A stretch of 64,000 nucleotides of DNA, taken from contig OZ024746.1 of assembly GCA_964016885.1 (NCBI GenBank), positions 59,458,001 to 59,522,000 of the forward strand, read 5' to 3'. The notes beneath the pieces were generated by a model, which saw only the letters and a list, made by a program, of their open reading frames with translations, searched no databases and was not told the DNA's origin. The stretch's first letter is position 1, and each line of letters starts with the position of its first letter. Below, piece by piece: positions 52,301-61,500 of this stretch. The position numbers and the translations under genes are program-made. This DNA comes from Eledone cirrhosa (lineage: Eukaryota).

Positions 52301-55300
52301 TGTCTATGGTGGTAATTGTGGTGTTGTTGACTGTATGTTCTGTAGTGTCTATGGTGGTAGTTGTGGTGTTGTTGTCTGTATGTTCTGTAGTGTCTATGTT
52401 AGTAGTTATACTGTTGTTGACTGTATGTTCTATCGTGTCTATGTTAGTAGTTGTGGTGTTGTTGACTGTATGTTCTGTAGTGTCTATGGTGGTAGTTGTG
52501 GTGTTGTTGACTGTATGTTCTGTAGTGTCTATGTTGGTAGTTGTGGTGTTGTTGACTGTATGTTCTGTAGTGTCTATGTTAGTAGTTGTGGTGTTGTTGA
52601 CTGTATGTTCTGTAGTGTCTATGTTGGTAGTTGTGGTGTTGTTGACTGTATGTTCTGTAGTGTCTATGTTGGTAGTTTTGGTGTTGTTGACTGTATGTTC
52701 TGTAGAGTCTATGTTAGTAGTTGTACAGTTGTTGACTGTATGTTCTGTAGTGTCTATGTTAGTAGTTGTGGTGTTGTTGACTGTATGTTCTGTAGTGTCT
52801 ATGTTGGTAGTTGTGGTGTTGTTGACTGTATGTTCTGTAGTGTCTATGTTGGTAGTAGTGGTGTTGTTGACTGTATGTTCTGTAGTGTCTATGTTGGTAG
52901 TTGTGGTGTTGTTGACTGTATGTTCTGTAGTATCTATGTTGGTAGTTGTAGTGTTTTTGACTGTATATTCTGTAGTGTCTATGTTGGTAGTTGTAGTGTT
53001 TTTGACTGTATATTCTGTAGTGTCTATGTTGGTAGTTGTAGTGTTGTTGACTATGTTCTGTAGTGTCTATGTTGGTAGTTGTGGTGTTGTTGACTGTATG
53101 TTCTGTAGTATCTATGTTGGTAGTTGTGGTGTTGTTGACTGTATGTTCTGTAGTCCCTATGTTGGTAGTTGTGGTGTTGTTGACTGTATGTTCTGTAGTG
53201 TCTATGTTGGTAGTTGTGGTGTTGTTGACTGTATGTTCTATAGTGTCTATGTTGGTAGTTGTGGTGTTGTTGACTGTATGTTCTGTAGTGTCTATGTTGG
53301 TAGTTGTGGTGTTGTTGACTGTATGTTCTGTAGTATCTATGTTGGTAGTTGTCGTGTTGTTGACTGTATGTTCTCTAGTGTCTATGTTGGTAGTTGTGGT
53401 GTTGTTGACTGTATGTTCTATAGTGTCTATGTTGGTAGTTGTGGTGTTGTTGACTGTATGTTCTGTAGTGTCTATGTTGGTAGTTGTGGTGTTGTTGACT
53501 GTATGTTCTGTAGTATCTATGTTGGTAGTTGTAGTGTTGTTGTCTGTATGTTCTGTAGTGTCTATGTTGGTAGTTGTAGTGTTGTTGACTATGTTCTGTA
53601 GTGTCTATGTTGGTAGTTGTGGTGTTGTTGACTGTATGTTCTGTAGTGTCTATGTTGGTAGTTGTGGTGTTGTTGACTGTATGTTCTGTAGTGTCTATGG
53701 TGGTAGTTGTGGTGTTGTTGACTGTATGTTCTGTAGTGTCTATGTTGGTAGTTGTGGTGTTGTTGACTGTATGTTCTGTAGTGTCTATGTTGGTAGTTGT
53801 ACTGTTGTTGACTGTATGTTCTGTAGTATCTATGTTGGTAGTTGTAGTGTTGTTGACTGTATGTTCTGTAGTGTCTATGTTGGTAGTTGTAGTGTTGTTG
53901 ACTATGTTCTGTAGTGTCTATGTTGGTAGTTGTGGTGTTGTTGGCTGTATGTTCTGTAGTGTGTATGTTAGTAGTTGTGGTGTTGTTGACTGTATGTTCT
54001 GTAGTGTCTATGTTGGTAGTTGTGGTGTTGTTGACTGTATGTTCTGTAGTGTCTTTGTTGGTAGTTGTGGTGTTGTTGACTGTATGTTCTGCAGTGTCTA
54101 TGTTAGTAGTTGTGGTGTTGTTGACTGTATGTTCTGTAGTGTCTATGTTGGTAGTTGTCGTGTTGTTGACTGTATGTTCTGTAGTGTCTATGTTGGTAGT
54201 TGTGGTGTTGTTGACTGTATGTTCTATAGTGTCTATGTTGGTAGTTGTGGTGTTGTTGGCTGTATGTTCTGTAGTGTGTATGTTAGTAGTTGTGGTGTTG
54301 TTGACTGTATGTTCTGTAGTGTCTATGTTGGTAGTTGTGGTGTTGTTGACTGTATGTTCTGTAGTATCTATGTTGGTAGTTGTACTGTTCTTGACTGTAT
54401 GTTCTATAGTGTCTTTGTTGGTAGTTGTAGTGTTGTTGACTGTATCATCTGTAGTGCCTATGTTAGTAGTTGTGGTGTTGTTGATTGTTTGTTCTGTAGT
54501 GTCTATGGTGGTAGTTGTACTGTTGTTGACTGTATGTTCTGTAGTGCCTATGTTGGTAGTTGTAGTGTTGTTGACTGTATGTTCTGTAGTGTCTATGTTG
54601 GTAGTTGTAGTGTTGTTGACTGTATGTTCTGTAGTGTGTATGTTGGTAGTTGTACTGTTGTTGACTGTATGTTCTGTAGTGTCTATGTTGGTAGTTGTAG
54701 TGTTGTTGACTGTATGTTCTGTAGTGTCTATGTTGGTAGTTGTGGTGTTGTTGACTGTATGTTCTGTAGTGTCTATGTTGGTAGTTGTGGTGTTGTTGAT
54801 TGTATGTTCTGTAGTGTCTATGTTGGTAGTTGTGGTGTTGTTGACTGTATGTTCTGTAGTGTCTATGTTGGTAGTTGTACTGTTGTTGACTGTATGTTCT
54901 ATAGTGTCTATGTTGGTAGTTGTACAGTTGTTGACTGTATGTTCTGTAGTGTCTATGTTAGTAGTTGTGGTGTTGTTGACTGTATGTTCTGTATTGTCTA
55001 TGTTGGTAGTTGTGTTGTTGACTGTATGTTCTGTAGTGTCTATGTTGGTAGTTGTAGTGTTGTTGACTGTATGTTCTGTAGTGTCTATGTTGGTAGTTGT
55101 GGTGTTGTTGACTGTATGTTCTGTAGTGTCTATGTTGGTAGTTGTGGTGTTGTTGACTGTATGTTCTGTAGTGTCTATGTTGGTAGTTGTGGTGTTGTTG
55201 ACTGTATGTTCTGTAGTGTCTATGTTGGTAGTTGTTGTGCTATTGACTGTATGTTCTGTAGTGTCTATGTTGGTAGTTGTACAGTTGTTGACCGTATGTT

Positions 55301-55560
55301 CTGTAGTGTCTATGTTGGTAGTTGTACTGTTGTTGACTGTATGTTCTGTAGTGTCTATGGTGGTAAATTGTGGTGTTGTTGACTGTATGTTCTGTAGTGT
55401 CTATGGTGGTAGTTGTGGTGTTGTTGTCTGTATGTTCTGTAGTGTCTATGTTAGTAGTTATACTGTTGTTGACTGTATGTTCTATCGTGTCTATGTTAGT
55501 AGTTGTGGTGTTGTTGACTGTATGTTCTGTAGTGTCTATGGTGGTAGTTGTGGTGTTGTT
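49280..55560. repeat. Tandem duplication of a 72-monomer block (period 3231 bp; second copy lacks 4 monomers)
   Basis: AGAGTC is at 49473 and 52704. ORF pairs 49832/53063, 50370/53601 and 50683/53914 are +3231 = 72x45 - 9. The offset drops to 3051 at GGTAA(A)TT (52311/55362). Confidence 0.88.
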
Positions 55561-58560
55561 GACTGTATGTTCTGTAGTGTCTATGGTGGTAGTTGTGGTG
55601 TTGTTGACTGTATGTTCTGTAGTGTCTATGTTAGTAGTTGTACTGTTGTTGACTGTATGTTCTGTAGTGTCTATGGTGGTAGTTGTGGTGTTGTTGACTG
55701 TATGTTCTGTAGTGTCTATGGTGGTAGTTGTGGTGTTGTTGACTGTATGTTCTGTAGTGTCTATGTTAGTAGTTGTGGTGTTGTTGACTGTATGTTCTGT
55801 AGTGTCTATGTTGGTAGTTGTGGTGTTGTTGACTGTATGTTCTCTAGTGTCTATGTTGGTAGTTGTGGTGTTGTTGACTGTATGTTCTATAGTGTCTATG
55901 TTGGTAGTTGTACAGTTGTTGACTGTATGTCCTGTAGTGTCTATGTTAGTAGTTGTACTGTTGTTGACTGTATGTTCTGTAGTGTCTATGTTGGTAGTTG
56001 TGGTGTTGTTGACTGTATGTTCTGTAGTGTCTATGTTGGTAGTTGTGGTGTTGTTGACTGTATGTTCTGTAGTATCTATGTTGGTAGTTGTAGTGTTGTT
56101 GTCTGTATGTTCTGTAGTGTCTATGTTGGTAGTTGTAGTGTTGTTGACTATGTTCTGTAGTGTCTATGTTGGTAGTTGTGGTGTTGTTGACTGTATGTTC
56201 TGTAGTGTCTATGTTGGTAGTTGTGGTGTTGTTGACTGTATGTTCTGTAGTGTCTATGGTGGTAGTTGTGGTGTTGTTGACTGTATGTTCTGTAGTGTCT
56301 ATGTTGGTAGTTGTGGTGTTGTTGACTGTATGTTCTGTAGTGTCTATGTTGGTAGTTGTACTGTTGTTGACTGTATGTTCTGTAGTATCTATGTTGGTAG
56401 TTGTAGTGTTGTTGACTGTATGTTCTGTAGTGTCTATGTTGGTAGTTGTAGTGTTGTTGACTATGTTCTGTAGTGTCTATGTTGGTAGTTGTGGTGTTGT
56501 TGGCTGTATGTTCTGTAGTGTGTATGTTAGTAGTTGTGGTGTTGTTGACTGTATGTTCTGTAGTGTCTATGTTGGTAGTTGTGGTGTTGTTGACTGTATG
56601 TTCTGTAGTGTCTTTGTTGGTAGTTGTGGTGTTGTTGACTGTATGTTCTGCAGTGTCTATGTTAGTAGTTGTGGTGTTGTTGACTGTATGTTCTGTAGTG
56701 TCTATGTTGGTAGTTGTCGTGTTGTTGACTGTATGTTCTGTAGTGTCTATGTTGGTAGTTGTGGTGTTGTTGACTGTATGTTCTATAGTGTCTATGTTGG
56801 TAGTTGTGGTGTTGTTGGCTGTATGTTCTGTAGTGTGTATGTTAGTAGTTGTGGTGTTGTTGACTGTATGTTCTGTAGTGTCTATGTTGGTAGTTGTGGT
56901 GTTGTTGACTGTATGTTCTGTAGTATCTATGTTGGTAGTTGTACTGTTCTTGACTGTATGTTCTATAGTGTCTTTGTTGGTAGTTGTAGTGTTGTTGACT
57001 GTATCATCTGTAGTGCCTATGTTAGTAGTTGTGGTGTTGTTGATTGTTTGTTCTGTAGTGTCTATGGTGGTAGTTGTACTGTTGTTGACTGTATGTTCTG
57101 TAGTGCCTATGTTGGTAGTTGTAGTGTTGTTGACTGTATGTTCTGTAGTGTCTATGTTGGTAGTTGTAGTGTTGTTGACTGTATGTTCTGTAGTGTGTAT
57201 GTTGGTAGTTGTACTGTTGTTGACTGTATGTTCTGTAGTGTCTATGTTGGTAGTTGTAGTGTTGTTGACTGTATGTTCTGTAGTGTCTATGTTGGTAGTT
57301 GTGGTGTTGTTGACTGTATGTTCTGTAGTGTCTATGTTGGTAGTTGTGGTGTTGTTGATTGTATGTTCTGTAGTGTCTATGTTGGTAGTTGTGGTGTTGT
57401 TGACTGTATGTTCTGTAGTGTCTATGTTGGTAGTTGTACTGTTGTTGACTGTATGTTCTATAGTGTCTATGTTGGTAGTTGTACAGTTGTTGACTGTATG
57501 TTCTGTAGTGTCTATGTTAGTAGTTGTGGTGTTGTTGACTGTATGTTCTGTATTGTCTATGTTGGTAGTTGTGTTGTTGACTGTATGTTCTGTAGTGTCT
57601 ATGTTGGTAGTTGTAGTGTTGTTGACTGTATGTTCTGTAGTGTCTATGTTGGTAGTTGTGGTGTTGTTGACTGTATGTTCTGTAGTGTCTATGTTGGTAG
57701 TTGTGGTGTTGTTGACTGTATGTTCTGTAGTGTCTATGTTGGTAGTTGTGGTGTTGTTGACTGTATGTTCTGTAGTGTCTATGTTGGTAGTTGTTGTGCT
57801 ATTGACTGTATGTTCTGTAGTGTCTATGTTGGTAGTTGTACAGTTGTTGACCGTATGTTCTGTAGTGTCTATGTTGGTAGTTGTACTGTTGTTGACTGTA
57901 TGTTCTGTAGTGTCTATGGTGGTAAATTGTGGTGTTGTTGACTGTATGTTCTGTAGTGTCTATGGTGGTAGTTGTGGTGTTGTTGTCTGTATGTTCTGTA
58001 GTGTCTATGTTAGTAGTTATACTGTTGTTGACTGTATGTTCTATCGTGTCTATGTTAGTAGTTGTGGTGTTGTTGACTGTATGTTCTGTAGTGTCTATGG
58101 TGGTAGTTGTGGTGTTGTTGACTGTATGTTCTGTAGTGTCTATGGTGGTAGTTGTGGTGTTGTTGACTGTATGTTCTGTAGTGTCTATGTTAGTAGTTGT
58201 ACTGTTGTTGACTGTATGTTCTGTAGTGTCTATGGTGGTAGTTGTGGTGTTGTTGACTGTATGTTCTGTAGTGTCTATGGTGGTAGTTGTGGTGTTGTTG
58301 ACTGTATGTTCTGTAGTGTCTATGTTAGTAGTTGTGGTGTTGTTGACTGTATGTTCTGTAGTGTCTATGTTGGTAGTTGTGGTGTTGTTGACTGTATGTT
58401 CTCTAGTGTCTATGTTGGTAGTTGTGGTGTTGTTGACTGTATGTTCTATAGTGTCTATGTTGGTAGTTGTACAGTTGTTGACTGTATGTCCTGTAGTGTC
58501 TATGTTAGTAGTTGTACTGTTGTTGACTGTATGTTCTGTAGTGTCTATGTTGGTAGTTGT
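53440..58560. repeat. Tandem duplication of a 57-monomer block (period 2559 bp)
   Basis: ORF pairs 53601/56160, 53914/56473 and ends 55382/57941 are +2559 = 57x45 - 6. Both copies carry GATTGTTTG and the +1 insertion GGTAAATT. Confidence 0.9.
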
Positions 58561-61500
58561 GGTGTTGTTGACTGTATGTTCTATAGTGTCTATGTTGGTA
58601 GTTGTGGTGTTGTTGACTGTATGTTCTGTAGTGTCTATGTTGGTAGTTGTGGTGTTGTTGACTGTATGTTCTGTAGTATCTATGTTGGTAGTTGTCGTGT
58701 TGTTGACTGTACGTTCTCTAGTGTCTATGTTGGTAGTTGTGGTGTTGTTGACTGTATGTTCTATAGTGTCTATGTTGGTAGTTGTGGTGTTGTTGAGTGT
58801 ATGTTCTGTAGCGTCTATGTTGGTAGTTGTGGTGTTGTTGACTGTATGTTCTGTAGTATCTATGTTGGTAGTTGTAGTGTTGTTGTCTGTATGTTCTGTA
58901 GTATGTATGTTGGTAGTTGTGGTGTTGTTGACTGTATGTTCTGTAGTGTCTATGTTGGTAGTTGTGGTGTTGTTGACTGTATGTTCTGTAGTGTCAATGG
59001 TGGTAGTTGTGGTGTTGTTGACTGTATGTTCTGTAGTGTCTATGTTGGTAGTTGTGGTGTTGTTGACTGTATGTTCTGTAGTGTCTATGTTGGTAGTTGT
59101 ACTGTTGTTGACTGTATGTTCTGTAGTGTCTATGTTGGTAGTTGGGGTGTTGTTGACTGTATGTTCTGTAGTGTCTATGTTGGTAGTTGTACAGTTGTTT
59201 ACTGTATGTTCTGTAGTGTCTATGTTGGTAGTTGTAGTGTTGTTGACTGTATGTTCTGTAGTGTCTATGTTGGTAGTTGTAGTGTTGTTGACTGTATGTT
59301 CTGTAGTGTGTATGTTGGTAGTTGTACTGTTGTTGACTGTATGTTCTGTAGTGTCTATGTTGGTAGTTGTAGTGTTGTTGACTGTATGTTCTGTAGTGTC
59401 TATGTTGGTAGTTGTGGTGTTGTTGACTGTATGTTCTGTAGTGTCTATGTTGGTAGTTGTGGTGTTGTTGACTGTATGTTCTGTAGTGTCTATGTTGGTA
59501 GTTGTGGTGTTGTTGACTGTATGTTCTGTAGTGTCTATGTTGGTAGTTGTACTGTTGTTGACTGTACGTTCTGTAGTGTCTATGTTAGTAGTTGTGGTGT
59601 TGTTGACTGTATGTTCTGTAGTGTCTATGTTGGTAGTTGTGTTGTTGACTGTATGTTCTGTAGTGTCTATGTTGGTAGTTGTTGTGCTGTTGACTGTATG
59701 TTCTGTAGTGTCTATGTTGGTAGTTGTACAGTTGTTGACTGTATGTTCTGTAGTGTCTATGTTGGTAGTTGTACTGTTGTTGACTGTCTGTTCTGTAGTG
59801 TCTATGGTGGTAGTTGTGGTGTTGTTGTCTGTATGTTCTGTAGTGTCTATGTTAGTAGTTGTACTGTTGTTGACTGTATGTTCTATCGTGTCTATGTTAG
59901 TAGTTGTGGTGTTGTTGACTGTATGTTCTGTAGTGTCTATGGTGGTAGTTATGGTGTTGTTGACTGTATGTTCTGTAGTGTCTATGGTGGTAGTTGTGGT
60001 GTTGTTGACTGTATGTTCTGTAGTGTCTATGTTAGTAGTTGTACTGTTGTTGACTGTATGTTCTGTAGTGTCTATGGTGGTAGTTGTGGTGTTGTTGACT
60101 GTATGTTCTGTAGTGTCTATGGTGGTAGTTGTGGTGTTGTTGACTGTATGTTCTGTAGTGTCTATGGTGGTAGTTGTGGTGTTGTTGTCTGTATGTTCTG
60201 TAGTGTCTATGTTAGTAGTTGTGGTGTTGTTGACTGTATGTTCTGTAGTGTCTATGGTGGTAGTTGTGGTGTTGTTGACTGTATGTTCTGTAGTGTCTAT
60301 GGTGGTAGTTGTGGTGTTGTTGACTGTATGTTCTGTAGTGTCTATGTTAGTAGTTGTGGTGTTGTTGACTGTATGTTCTGTAGTGTCTATGGTGGTAGTT
60401 GTGGTGTTGTTGACTGTATGTTCTGTAGTGTCTATGGTGGTAGTTGTAGTGTTGTTGACTGTATGTTCTGTAGTGTCTATGGTGGTAGTTGTGGTGTTGT
60501 TGACTGTATGTTCTGTAGTGTCTATGGTGGTAGTTGTGGTGTTGTTGACTGTATGTTCTGTAGTGTCTATGTTAGTAGTTGTACTGTTGTTGACTGTATG
60601 TTCTGTAGTGTCTATGGTGGTAGTTGTGGTGTTGTTGACTGTATGTTCTGTAGTGTCTATGTTAGTAGTTGTACTGTTGTTGACTGTATGTTCTGTAGTG
60701 TCTATGGTGGTAGTTGTGGTGTTGTTGACTGTATGTTCTGTAGTGTCTATGTTGGTAGTTGTGGTGTTGTTGACTGTATGTTCTGTAGTGTCTATGTTAG
60801 TAGTTGTGGTGTTGTTGACTGTATGTTCTGTAGTGTCTATGTTAGTAGTTGTACTGTTGTTGACTGTATGTTCTATAGTGTCTATGGTGGTAGTTGTACT
60901 GTTGTTGACTGTATGTTCTGTAGTGCCTATGTTGGTAGTTGTAGTGTTGTTGACTGTATGTTCTGTAGTGTCTATGTTGGTAGTTGTAGTGTTGTTGACT
61001 GTATGTTCTGTAGTGTGTATGTTGGTAGTTGTACTGTTGTTGACTGTATGTTCTGTAGTGTCTATGTTGGTAGTTGTAGTGTTGTTGACTGTATGTTCTG
61101 TAGTGTCTATGTTGGTAGTTGTGGTGTTGTTGACTGTATGTTCTGTAGTGTCTATGTTGGTAGTTGTGGTGTTGTTGATTGTATGTTCTGTAGTGTCTAT
61201 GTTGGTAGTTGTGGTGTTGTTGACTGTATGTTCTGTAGTGTCTATGTTGGTAGTTGTACTGTTGTTGACTGTATGTTCTATAGTGTCTATGTTGGTAGTT
61301 GTACAGTTGTTGACTGTATGTTCTGTAGTGTCTATGTTAGTAGTTGTGGTGTTGTTGACTGTATGTTCTGTATTGTCTATGTTGGTAGTTGTGTTGTTGA
61401 CTGTATGTTCTGTAGTGTCTATGTTGGTAGTTGTAGTGTTGTTGACTGTATGTTCTGTAGTGTCTATGTTGGTAGTTGTGGTGTTGTTGACTGTATGTTC

